Source: an uncultured Planctomycetota bacterium (GTDB lineage Bacteria; Planctomycetota; Planctomycetia; Gemmatales; Gemmataceae). Taken from it: DNA of 64,000 nucleotides. The DNA lies in the NCBI GenBank assembly GCA_963849325.1, contig CAWKHF010000001.1, positions 64,001-128,000 on the forward strand, read 5' to 3'. Below the pieces are notes generated by a model. The model saw nothing but the letters and a program-made list of their open reading frames with translations, did no database searches and was not told the DNA's origin. The translations under genes and the position numbers were made by a program. Each line of letters starts with the position of its first letter. Position 1 is the stretch's first letter. Shown piece after piece: positions 47,141-57,760 of the stretch.

Positions 47141-48445
47141 ATGTCGTCTCGCATTCCCAGGTGGCGACGGTGGATCATCGCTTGCGGATGGACCGCTGCC
47201 ATGATGTCGGCCGCAGCACGGGCGGAGTCGGCGGAACCACGTCCCGTCTGGCCGCAGTGGCGCGGCCCATCGCGCGACGGCAAGGTCGAAGGACCGGCCT
47301 GGCCGCAACGTCTGCAAGGCACGGCCCTGCAACTCCTCTGGCGCGTCGAGCTGGGACCGAGCTACTCCGGCCCCATCGTGGCGCCGGATCGCGTCTTCGT
47401 CACCGAGACGCGCAACAAGACCAACGAGGTCGTGCGTGCTCTGGATCGCGCGACCGGCAAGGAACTCTGGCAGGTCCACTGGAAGGGGTCCGTCACCGTG
47501 CCGGCCTATGCGCGCGGCAACGGCGAGTGGATCCGCTCGACCCCCGCCTACGACGGCGAGGCCGTCTACGTCGGCGGCATGCGCGACGTGCTCGTCTGCC
47601 TGGAGGCGAAGGATGGCCATGAGCGTTGGCGTGTCGATTTCCCGGCCCAGTTCCGGACGGCGGTGCCCATCCTCGGCCTGGTGAGTTCGCCGCTGGTGGA
47701 CGGCGATGCGGTGTACATCGTGGCCTCGGCCGCGCTGGTCAAACTGGATAAGCGGAGTGGAAAAGTGCTGTGGCGCAGCGTCGAGGACAGGGACAAAGGC
47801 GACGCCTACGCCTCGGCGGTCTCGTCGCCGACGATGGCCACGCTCGCCGGCAAACGACAAGTCCTGGCGCAGAACCGCAAGGTCCTGGCCGGCGTCGATC
47901 CCGACACCGGCGAGGTGCTCTGGCGGCGGGACGTGCCGTCCTTCCGGGGCACCAACATCATCACGCCAACCCTTTACGGCGATCGCAGCGTCGTCACCAG
48001 CGCCTTCGGCGGTCGGACGTTCCGCTTCGATGTCATGGCCAAGGATAGCTCCTTGCAGGTCCGCACCGCCTGGGACAACCCCGCCCAGGGTTACATGTCC
48101 TCGCCGCTCGTTATCGGCGACTATCTCTACATACACCTGCGCAACCAGCGATTCACCTGCCTGGACCTGCGCACCGGCAAGGAGCGCTGGACCACCTCCG
48201 GAGCCTTCGGCAAGTACTGGAGCATGGTGGCACGGAAGGACCGCATCCTCGCACTCGATGAGCGCGGCATCCTTTACCTCCTCCGCGCCAACCCGGAGAA
48301 GTTCGACTTGCTCGACCAGCGCCGGGTGAGCGAGGCGGAAACCTGGGCCCACCTGGCGGTCTGCGGCGAGGAACTCTACGTCCGCGAGTTGAACGCCCTC
48401 GCCGTCTACCGCTGGACCTCCCCATCTCCGGGGAAGGAGGACTGA
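47141..48445 (+). CDS. Secreted PQQ-binding-like beta-propeller protein
   Basis: WPQWRGP.RDG and repeated A.D..TG..LW. Confidence 0.9.
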   Translation: MSSRIPRWRRWIIACGWTAAMMSAAARAESAEPRPVWPQWRGPSRDGKVEGPAWPQRLQGTALQLLWRVELGPSYSGPIVAPDRVFVTETRNKTNEVVRALDRATGKELWQVHWKGSVTVPAYARGNGEWIRSTPAYDGEAVYVGGMRDVLVCLEAKDGHERWRVDFPAQFRTAVPILGLVSSPLVDGDAVYIVASAALVKLDKRSGKVLWRSVEDRDKGDAYASAVSSPTMATLAGKRQVLAQNRKVLAGVDPDTGEVLWRRDVPSFRGTNIITPTLYGDRSVVTSAFGGRTFRFDVMAKDSSLQVRTAWDNPAQGYMSSPLVIGDYLYIHLRNQRFTCLDLRTGKERWTTSGAFGKYWSMVARKDRILALDERGILYLLRANPEKFDLLDQRRVSEAETWAHLAVCGEELYVRELNALAVYRWTSPSPGKED

Positions 48446-48556
48446 GCCGGTTCCTCAAACCGCGGCTCCTTTACGGTTGTGCCGAATTGGCTGATTGTGT
48501 GGAGCGTGGCGAGTCGATAAGGCTCTCGGGATGATGCGCTCATCGGGGGAGCCAAC

Positions 48557-49629
48557 ATGACGGGGGGCGAACGACGGAAAGCGAACGGCGGGGAAACGAC
48601 GCCGCTGGTGTTGCTCGCGTTGCTGGCGCTGACGGTTTCGGGTTGCCTGCACCCCGTCAAGGCCATCCTCCGCGTGGACGGCCCGATCTTCGGCGACATG
48701 GCCCACAACAACAACGACCGGCCGATCGTGGCCATGCCGGTGGACGACGCGGGGCGGGTTTGCAAGACACCGCACGTCGCCATCCTCGACGTGGACGGCC
48801 TGCTCCTGAATACCAATCTCACCGGCCCGTATTCGTCGGGCGACAATCCCGTCGATGTGTTCCGCGAAAAACTCGACGCAGCGATGGCCGACCCTTGTTG
48901 CGTCGCCCTCGTGGTGCGCATCAACAGTCCGGGCGGCTCCGTGACGGCCACCGACATGATGTGGCGCGAACTGCAATCGTTCCGCGCAAGACGAAACGCC
49001 CGGTCGTCGCCTGCCTGATGGACCTCGCCTGCGGCGGCGCCTACTACCTGGCCACGGCGAGCGACTGGATCATCGCTCATCCGACCACCGTGACCGGCGG
49101 CGTCGGCGTTGTCTTGAACCTGTACAATTTCCGCGACGCGATGGGCACCATCAGCCTGGTCGATCAATCGATCAAGGCCGGTCCCAACATCGACATCGGC
49201 TCCGCCCTCAAACCTCTGCCGCCGGAGGCGGAAAGGTTGCTGCAGGAGATGGCCGACGAGTTGCACGGTCGTTTCCGTGCCGTCGTGCGGGGTCGCCGAC
49301 CCGGCGCTCCCCCGATGGAGGACACTGCTCTCGACGGCCGAGTCTTCCTCGCCTCGAAAGCCCTGGAGCGCGGCCTGGTGGATTGCGTTGGCTACTTACC
49401 GGATGCTCTCGCCGCGGCACGGGAGATGGCCGGCCAACCGCAAGCGGGCACCGTCCTGTTGCACCGTACCGGCGACGTTGCGCGGACGCCGTATGCGACC
49501 ACGCCGAACGTCCCCATTCAGGCGAACTTGCTGCCGTTCAGCATGCCCGGCCTGGAACGCAGCAAGCTGCCGACGTTCCTCTATCTGTGGCAGCCCGACC
49601 CGACACTCGAACGACTCAGCGGCCGATAG
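48557..49629 (+). CDS. SppA/S49-family lipoprotein, probably catalytically altered (frameshift near 48990)
   Basis: Lipobox VSGC, RINSPGGS, V...R, DGRVF.A..A...GLVD. Confidence 0.85.
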
Positions 49630-49648
49630 CAGAAGGAATGTACTCTTC

Positions 49649-49699
49649 CGAGCCTGAAGCGTAAGCGAAGAGGATCCCTTCGCTTACGCTTCAGGCTCG
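49649..49699. repeat. REP-like palindrome, same family as 21516
   Basis: cgagcctgaagcgtaagcgaag ... cttcgcttacgcttcaggctcg. Confidence 0.85.
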
Positions 49700-49831
49700 G
49701 TGGATTGCGGCAAGGCTCTTGCCCTCCCCGCACGATCCGATTACATTCACATCTGGTGATTGATCGCCCGCCCACCTGCCTGCCGTCCCGCCGGATTGGT
49801 CCACCCCACCCGCCTTCGCAGGAGTTTCCGC

Positions 49832-51094
49832 ATGTCGCGACGATTGCTCTGGTCCGCGGCGCCATTGTCGGCGTTGCTCCTCATGGTGTCGGCTTTCGCG
49901 GCCGACAATTTCCAGCCTCAGAAGTTCGATTGGCCGCAGTGGCAAGGGCAGGACCGCACGGCCGTCTCGCGCGAGACCGGCCTGCTGCAAGACTGGCCCA
50001 AGGAGGGACCGCCGCTCGTCTGGAAGCTCGATACGCTGGGCGGCGGCTACAGCACGCCCTCGATCGCGGCCGGCCGCATCTTCGGCATGAGCTATCGCGG
50101 CGACAACGAGGTCGTCTGGGCCTTGGAGGAAGCGACCGGCAAGGAACTCTGGTCGGTGCGCATCGCCACGGCCAACCGCAAGATCGGCTGCGGCGAGGGA
50201 TCGCGCTGCACGCCGACGGTGGACGGCGACGTGCTCTACACCCTGGGCGTCAGCGGCGATCTCGTCTGCCTGGAAACGGCCACCGGCAAGGAACGCTGGC
50301 ACAAGAACTTGCTCAAGGACTTCGGCGGAAAGGTCGGCGGTTGGCGCTACAGCGAATCGCCCCTGATCGACGGCGACAAACTGCTGTGTACGCCCGGCGG
50401 CAAGACGGCGACGCTCCTGGCCCTGAACAAGAAGACGGCCGAGACCATCTGGATGGCCGCGGTGCCGGGCGGCTCCGAGGCGGCCTATTCGTCAATCGTC
50501 GCCGCCGACGTGGACGGCCAGCGGCAGTACATCCAGTTCCTCGGCGCCGGCGTGGTCGGCGTGACGGCCGACGGCGGCAAGTTCCTGTGGCGCTATACCC
50601 ATCCGTCGGCGGGCATCAACTGCTCGACGCCGATCTACCACGATCAATGCGTCTACGCGGCGGCGGCCTACCGCAAGGGCGGCGGGATGGTCCGACTGAC
50701 CCGCGACGGCGACAAGGTCAACGCCCAGGAAGCCTACTTCCACGAGAACATGGAGAACCATCACGGTGGACTGGTGCTGGTGGACGGCTACCTGTACGGT
50801 GAGGGCAGCGGAAAGCTGGTTTGCCTGGAATTCAAGACCGGCAAGGAGATGTGGCGCGGCGACAAGCCGGGCAAAGGCTCGATCGCCTACGCCGACGGCC
50901 GGCTCTACTACCGCAACGAGGGCGGGCCGATCTACCTGGTGGAAGCCAACCCCGAGCGGATGGTCGTCCACGGCCGATTCGATCAGCCGAAGCGTTCGCG
51001 CAACGCGGCCTGGCCACACCCCGTCGTCGCCAACGGCAAACTGTACATCCGCGATCAGCAATATCTGTTTTGCTACAACGTCAAGCAGCACTAA
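49832..51094 (+). CDS. Secreted PQQ-binding-like beta-propeller protein
   Basis: DWPQWQG.DR, ETGLL..WP..GP, NHHGG, WPHPVVANGKLYIR. Confidence 0.9.
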   Translation: MSRRLLWSAAPLSALLLMVSAFAADNFQPQKFDWPQWQGQDRTAVSRETGLLQDWPKEGPPLVWKLDTLGGGYSTPSIAAGRIFGMSYRGDNEVVWALEEATGKELWSVRIATANRKIGCGEGSRCTPTVDGDVLYTLGVSGDLVCLETATGKERWHKNLLKDFGGKVGGWRYSESPLIDGDKLLCTPGGKTATLLALNKKTAETIWMAAVPGGSEAAYSSIVAADVDGQRQYIQFLGAGVVGVTADGGKFLWRYTHPSAGINCSTPIYHDQCVYAAAAYRKGGGMVRLTRDGDKVNAQEAYFHENMENHHGGLVLVDGYLYGEGSGKLVCLEFKTGKEMWRGDKPGKGSIAYADGRLYYRNEGGPIYLVEANPERMVVHGRFDQPKRSRNAAWPHPVVANGKLYIRDQQYLFCYNVKQH

Positions 51095-51107
51095 TACAAG
51101 CGCTCGG

Positions 51108-51196
51108 TGATGATGTCTCGTTTAGCCGCGACGCGCAGCGGAGCGCGGGATACTCCCGCGCTCCGCTGCGCGTCGCGGCTAAACGAGACATCATCA
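51108..51196. repeat. Family A REP doublet, copy 7, with extended stem
   Basis: tgatgatgtctc / gagacatcatca flanks. Confidence 0.95.
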
Positions 51197-51202
51197 GGTC
51201 CG

Positions 51203-52031
51203 TCATTTCTCACTGCGAGCCGTGCGATCTCACGGCGAAGTTGCTCGACCTGTTCCTCCAGCGCTCGCAAGCGCTGCTCCCGATCGCTCGAACGATCCGG
51301 GCCGGCCCGGCGCCGGTCGGGCGGCGGAGGCCCGTCGTTGACGCCGGAGCGATTCGTGCGCAGGTTCGTCAGGTTTTGTACTTCGAGATGGCTGTCGCCT
51401 TCCGGCCCGGTCTCCATCCGGCCCGTCACGCGGACGCGATCGCCCTTCGAGGCGATTTTCGCAAATCGATCCTCGCGGTGCGGCGGCCAGTGGATCACGG
51501 TGCCATCCTCCAGGACGGCGCCGTCCACTTCCCCTCTCGGGGCGGACGTGAAGCGGCGGATCACGCCTTCGACCGTCTTGTCGGCCGAGGCGCTATCGAT
51601 CCGCGCGAGGGCCGCGAGGGCCACGGGGACCACGACGCCGCGGCGGCGGGCCGTCGTCGTTGTTTTCGCGTGAGACCTTGGTGCGGAGGTTCGTCAGCGC
51701 GAACACTTCCAGGTGCGTGTCGCCTTCCGGACCCGTCTCCATCCGGCCGGTGACGCGGACGCGGTCGCCCTTGGCGATGATGCTCGTGAATCGATCTTCC
51801 AGGTGCGGCGGCCAGTGAATCACCGTGCCGTCGTCGAGCACGGCGCCGTCCACCTCACCTCGCGGGGCGGTCGTGAAACTCTTGATCGTTCCCTGCACCG
51901 TCCGAGCGTCGCGCCGCTCGGCGCTGCGCCCTCGTCTCCGCGCAGACGATTAGCAAGAGAAACGCCGACGCCAGTGCGGCCGCCGTGCGGACCCATCGGT
52001 TTCCCACGCCGCTTGCGCTTGGCCGAATCAT
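51203..52031 (-). CDS. Secreted protein with two tandem OB-fold-like repeats and a C-terminal coiled coil (frameshifted)
   Basis: AGGAGAGG RBS and MIRPSASG...signal peptide. Two copies of FT.APRGEVDGAVL.DGTVIHWPPH.EDRF..I..KGDRVRVTG. Confidence 0.75.
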
Positions 52032-52388
52032 AGAATCCTCTCCTCGTCATGCCGGGCGCCGAGCCGAAGCTCCCGGAACCAGGTAGGGGGTGTGGCTTTC
52101 TCAACGTGTCGCCTCAGCCCCTCGGCTCTCCAGGGAGGAATCGCTATCGCGATGCCAAAGGGAGGAGCGGGTCAACTCTCGAAGTGCGGATCGCCGGTCG
52201 CCTCACGGCCTCGACACCGACGGCTCGTTACAAGCGATAGATGGCAGGGAAGATAGGACGAACGAGTCCCGGCCGATCCATGGCGCGAAGACGTGCCGAT
52301 TCGCTCGGAGCCGAAGCGGAATCACCCCCTCGGCGTGGGCGAAATCCCCCCGTCACCGGGGGCTTGGCGCCCGGCTTCGGAGGTTCGC

Positions 52389-54233
52389 CTACAGATGAAA
52401 GGCTTCCTTCAGACAGGCCAGCGCTTCCTCGCCGCGAGCGCGATCGACGACCACGCTGACGCGCACCTCGCTGGTGTTAATCATGCTGATGTTGATGCCG
52501 CGCTGGGCCAGGGCGCCGAACATGCGGCGGGCGACGCCGGTGTGCGTGCGCATGCCGACGCCGAGCACGAACAGCTTGGCGATGTCCGGCGTCGGCCGCG
52601 ACGCGCGCGCCGGGATCGATCGGCGGCGACCACCGTCGCGCGTCACGTCCAGGGCGCGGTCGAGGTCGGCCTGCGGCACGCTGAACGACAGCTCGGCCCG
52701 GCCGGCCGCTCAGGTTCTGCACGATCATGTCCACGACGATGCCGCCGGCGGCCACCGCCTGGAAGACGCGCGAGCAGCTGCCCGGCTGGTCGGGCAGGTC
52801 GAAGACGGTGATGCGGCCCTGGTCGGTCGCCAGCAGCACGTCGCTGACGACGATGTCCTCCATGCTGGCCAGCTGCTGCGTCAAGGCGGCCAGGTCGCGG
52901 CCGGGCTTCGGCGCCACCGCGCCGCCGGGACGGCGCTGGAACTGGCCGGCTGCCCGTGCCGCCGGGCCGTGCCCGCGCCCGGACGCGGCTGATCCAGGCC
53001 GAACGCCTGATGGACCGCCCGCAGCGCCTTGACGCCGTCGGCTTGTGTCCGACCAGCACGGAAATCTTGATGTCGCCGGTCGTGATCATCTTCATGTTGA
53101 CGTTCTCGGCCGCCAGGGCCGCGAACATCCGCTCGGCCACGCCGGTGTGCGTCCGCATGCCGGTGCCGACGATCGACACCTTGCTGACCTCCTCGTCGTA
53201 CTCGACGCGTGGCGCCCAGCTCGGCGGCCAGCGGCCGCAGCACGTGCCAGGGTCGTCCGGCAGCTCGTTGCGCCAGCACGGTGAAGCCGATGGCCGCCCG
53301 GCCGCCGCTGCCGACGTTCTGGGCGATCATGTCCACGACGATGTTGCTGCTCGGCGATGGCGGCGAAGACGCGATGGCTGACGCCCGGCTGGTCCGGCAC
53401 GCCGTTGAGCGACGACGCGGGCCTCGTCGCGGACCATGGCGGCGCCGCAGACGACCACGTCGCGCATCCAGTCCGCCTCCGGCACGATCCAGGTGCCCTC
53501 GGCGTCGCTGAACGAGCGAGCGCACCTGAACCGGCACGTCGAACTTCTTGGCGAACTCGATGCTGCGCGAGTGCATGACGCCGGCGCCGACGCTGGCCAG
53601 CTCCAGCATCTCGTCGTAGCTGATGGCGTCCATCTTGCGCGCCTCGGGCACGATGCGCGGGTCGGTGGTGTAGACGCCGTCCACGTCGGTGTAGATCTCG
53701 CAGTCGACGTCGCCGTTGCCCGGCTGGGCCGCATCGTGCTTCATGACGGCGGCCAGGGCGACGGCGGTGGTGTCGGAGCCGCCGCGGCCGAGCGTGGTGA
53801 TGTTGTAGTTCTCGTCGATGCCCTGGAAGCCGGCCACGATGACGATCTGGCCCTCGTCCAGGGCCTGGCGCATGCGGGCCGTCGAGATGCTCTTGATGCG
53901 GGCCTTGGTGTGCGTGCTGTCGGTGACGATGCCGACCTGGGCGCCGGTGAAGCTGATGGCCGTCTCGCCGAGCGTCTGAATGGCCATCGCCATGAGGGCG
54001 ATGGAGATCTGCTCGCCGGTGGACAGCAGCATGTCCATCTCGCGGGCCGGCGGCTGCTCGCTGATCTCGCGGGCCAGTTCGATCAGCTCGTCGGTGGTGT
54101 CGCCGCGGGCGCTGACGACGACGATGACCTGGTTGCCCGCCTGCTTGGCGCGGATGGCCCGCCGCGCCGCCGCCATGATCCGCTCCGCGTTCGCCACGCT
54201 GGTGCCGCCGAATTTCTGCACGACCAGACGCAA
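52389..54233 (-). CDS. lysC: Aspartate kinase with four ACT-like segments (multiple frameshifts)
   Basis: [37 protein letters not shown], and two [10 protein letters not shown] units. Confidence 0.95.
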
Positions 54234-54252
54234 GGGTAGATCTCCAAAAAGT

Positions 54253-54400
54253 GATCAGCGGTCAGCGATCAGCGGTCAGCGATCAGCGATCAGCGATCAG
54301 CGATCAGCGATCAGCGATCAGCGATCAGCGATCAGCGATCAGCGATCAGCGATCGCGCAGCTTTTGTCCTTTGCTGATCGCTGACCGCTGATCGCTGACT
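54253..54400. repeat. Inverted heptamer arrays (GRTCAGC)x14 / (GCTGAYY)x4
   Basis: Direct count. Starts 19 nt upstream of the lysC start. Confidence 0.95.
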
Positions 54401-54424
54401 GCTTTCTTTGTACTTCGCCGTCGC

Positions 54425-56257
54425 TCAGGCGGCAGCGCGGCGCGGCCGGGCCTGGAGGTCGAACAGGCCGAACACGTCGTCCTCGCTCAGGCCCAGCGAT
54501 GGCGGCGGGCCGTTCTGCTCGATCAGCTCGTTGAACAGCTGCCGCTTCTTCTCCAGCACCTCGGCGATGCGTCCCTCGATGGTGCCCTGGCGTGATGAAG
54601 CGCGTCACGAACACCGGCGACTTCTGGCCCAGGCGGTGGGCGCGGTTGATGGCCTGGTCCTCGACGGCCGGGTTCCACCAGCGGTCGAACAGGAAGACGT
54701 AGTTGGTGAACTGCAAGTTCAGGCCGACGCTGCCGGTGCCGTAGCTCATCAGGATGACGTGCTTGCTCGGGTCGCTCTTGAAGCGGTCGAGGATCGCCTG
54801 CCGTTCCTTGTGCGGCACCTTGCCGTGGTACTGCAGCGGGCCGAACTGGCGCAGCGCCTCGGCCAGGTACTCCAGCGGCTCGACCCACTGCGAAAAGACG
54901 ATGGCCTTGCGGCCGCTGCTCGGCCACCTCGGCCATGTCGGCCATCGAGCTGCTCGAGCTTGGCGCTCTGCCCGGTCCGCGGGTCGAAGTTGCAGATCTG
55001 CTTGAGCCGCATGACCAGCTCGAAGACGTGCTGCACGGTGATGGTGTCGCCCAGGGCGTTGAGGTGGACGACGCCTTCCTTCTCGGCCAGGTCGTAGGCC
55101 TCGCGCTGGGCCGGCGTCAGTTCCAGGTAGGCGTCGCGGATGATGCGCGGCGGCATGTCGGTCGCCACCTCTTCCTTGGTCCGCCGCAGGATGCAGTCGC
55201 TGGTCAGGGCCGGCAGCTGGCTTGGCCGGCGTCTCCGGCGGGATGCGGTCCGGATCGACGAAGGCGAAGATGTTGACCAGGTCGTCGATGCGGTTCTCGA
55301 TGGGCGTGCCGGTCATGGCCCAGCTGCGGTCGCGGTGCAGGCTGCGCACCACCTGCGCCGTCTTCGACTCGCGGTTCTTGATGCGCTGCGCCTCGTCGAG
55401 CACCACCACGTCGAAGCGGACCTTCTCGTCGCCGACCTCGGCGGCGTCGCGGGTCAGCAGCTCGTAGTTGACCAGCTTGAGCGGGCAGTTGGAGACGTGC
55501 CAGGCGGCCCGCCGCGTCTGGGTGTCGCCGCCGATGACCTCGAAGGGCAGGTCCGGCGGCCCAGGTGCGCAGCTCGCGCGTCCAGTTGATGACCAGCGGC
55601 TTGGGGCAGACGACCAGGGCGCGGCGGATCAGGCCGGCGTGGAAGAGCAGCCGCAGCGCGACGATGACCTGCACCGTCTTGCCCAGCCCCATCTCGTCGG
55701 CGATGCAGGGCGGCGTGCCGCGGCATCAGGAAGGCGATGCCGCTTAGCTGGTAGGGATACGGCTTGAACGGCAGCGACACCTGCTTGCCGGCGAAGAGGT
55801 CCTCCAGCGGCGGCTGCAGCAGGTAGAGCAGGCGATCCTTGAACAGCACCGTCTCGCGCGGCGGCCGCAGCCGCGTTCGCCCTGGCTTGCTCGGCGGCTC
55901 AGACCCTTGCTCCGCCGGAGGAGTCGGTTCCGGCTCCAACTGGGCCAGGCGCGGCTTCGTGGCCGACGCGATTTGATCGGGCGGCGTCGGAAAACGCCAG
56001 CCCTGCGTGGTCACGTCCATGCCGAGCTTGCCCAGCGGCCGTATCCACGGCGGACTGTTCAGGAGCGTCGCTTGCCGGACCGTCACCTCCAGCGGCCGAT
56101 CGAAACGCGGGAGGGTCCGCACTTCCACGGACAGCGCCAGGTCGATCTCGTCAATCGAGATGGACGGCAGCGCTTCGTCCGGGGAGGGAACCTCGGACGA
56201 TGGCCCGCCCGTCGCGGACTCAACCCAAGTATTGGTCTCGGCTGGTGTCGGTATCAT
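54425..56257 (-). CDS. SNF2-family helicase/ATPase (frameshifted)
   Basis: [52 protein letters not shown]. Confidence 0.93.
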
Positions 56258-56630
56258 TCGGTGCGCGAACTATCCGCGAGAATCGATCTCCGTCGATAAA
56301 ACCGGCAAGTCGGGAGGCGCCGGCAGTCTGGCGAAGCGCCGGCCTCCAGGCACCTCATAGATTCGGGTCGGAGAGGGGGAAGACTTTAAGGACGATTGCC
56401 TACGTTCCTTTCACGAATCAAGGTAACTCCAGGGCCGCTTTCAAGCAGGCATTCAACTGCCGTACTGCTGCGGGTAGAACGACAAGGAGGGGTCATCCCG
56501 GCAAGTCCTGGATCCCAGTCCGCATCTGCCCGAGATGGGTCCGTGTGAGGATCGGCGACTCGTGGTGGAGCTTCCGACAATGGCGTATAATAAGGGAGGA
56601 CTACCTATCGCCTGCGGGGAGGCCCAATGC

Positions 56631-57293
56631 ATGAGCTACCGTTCTCTCTCCCGTCCTCGGGCGATCCTGACGTTAGCCGTTCTACTTTTGGCGGGCCGTC
56701 CGGTTTGGGCTCAGCCTCAAACCACCGTGACGCCGCGCGCTGCTGCCCCGCCCGGTGGCGGCAGCCCGATCTCTCCCTTCCTGTTCGGTCCGCGCGCCTA
56801 TCCCTACCTGGCAACGGCACCGAGCAGTTTCACGCCTGCACCGTCGGCCGTCCAGATCAGCAGCGGAATTTACCGTGGACCTTCCCTGGGTTCAACCGTC
56901 TCCCCTCCTCCGGCGCTCGGTCTGAGCCAGTCGATGCAGAACCAGCCGAGGATAGGAGCGTTCGTCGGCTTTGCCCCCCTGTCCTCCCTGGCCCTGACCG
57001 ACCCGAATTCACTACTGCCCGGAGGCAATTACAAACCGACACCGGACAACCGCGCCCATATCTGGCTGCGCGTGCCGGCCGATGCCCAGGTGTGGTTCGG
57101 CGGTAAGGAGACGAAACAGACCGGCGCGTTGCGCCTGTACGATACGCCGCCCTTGACTCCCGGCGAGAAGTATCACTACGAGGTGCGCGTTCGCTGGATG
57201 AAGGATGGCAAACCGATCGAGGAGAAGCGACGCATCGCGGTTGAGGCCAGGGATTGGCTGCGCTTCGATCTCACGCCATCGACCGCTCCCTAA
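56631..57293 (+). CDS. Secreted TIGR03000-domain protein
   Basis: AHI.LRVPADA.VWF.G..T.QTG..R.Y.TPPL.PG..Y.Y.V..RW. TATAAT about 40 nt upstream. Confidence 0.85.
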   Translation: MSYRSLSRPRAILTLAVLLLAGRPVWAQPQTTVTPRAAAPPGGGSPISPFLFGPRAYPYLATAPSSFTPAPSAVQISSGIYRGPSLGSTVSPPPALGLSQSMQNQPRIGAFVGFAPLSSLALTDPNSLLPGGNYKPTPDNRAHIWLRVPADAQVWFGGKETKQTGALRLYDTPPLTPGEKYHYEVRVRWMKDGKPIEEKRRIAVEARDWLRFDLTPSTAP

Positions 57294-57314
57294 GGCCGCG
57301 TCCTCGAATAACTT

Positions 57315-57381
57315 CGTTTAGCCGCGACGCGCAGCGGAGCGCGGGATACTCCCGCGCTCCGCTGCGCGTCGCGGCTAAACG
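57315..57381. repeat. Family A REP doublet, copy 8
   Basis: Loop gggatactccc is identical to copy 7. Flank gaataacttc is shared with copy 1. Confidence 0.95.
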
Positions 57382-57760
57382 AGGAAGTCATTCGTGGACG
57401 CATCACGCTTCCGGCTCGGACTGTTCTCGTCATCTCCGTAAGACCGGATAAAGCCGAATTTATCCTGCGGTCCTCATCGACGGCCCCGCGCCAACGGTTA
57501 TAATCCACAAAGGCTCGCGAATTTGAGCAAGAGTTGTCGTTGGTGGGAAGGGGGGCCGGCCGGGCGATCCCGGAAGAGCTTCCGGTCGGCCGAGGTCTGC
57601 AATAAATGCGATTTCATAAGACTTCGCGGCCCTTTACCGATAAGAAATAGACGTGATAATCGGCAGAGCAGGCAGGACCATCATTGGGGAACGACAAAAG
57701 AAGATGACTGGGCAAATCGGTCGAGCTACCACCTGTCCGGCGTGGGATAGGAGATTCAGG

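Noticed and set aside
52032-52388. Possible ncRNA or riboswitch in long intergenic regions (also 56258-56630 and 57390-57760)
   Set aside because: No recognisable tRNA, riboswitch or other RNA consensus by eye. A cmscan against Rfam is needed.
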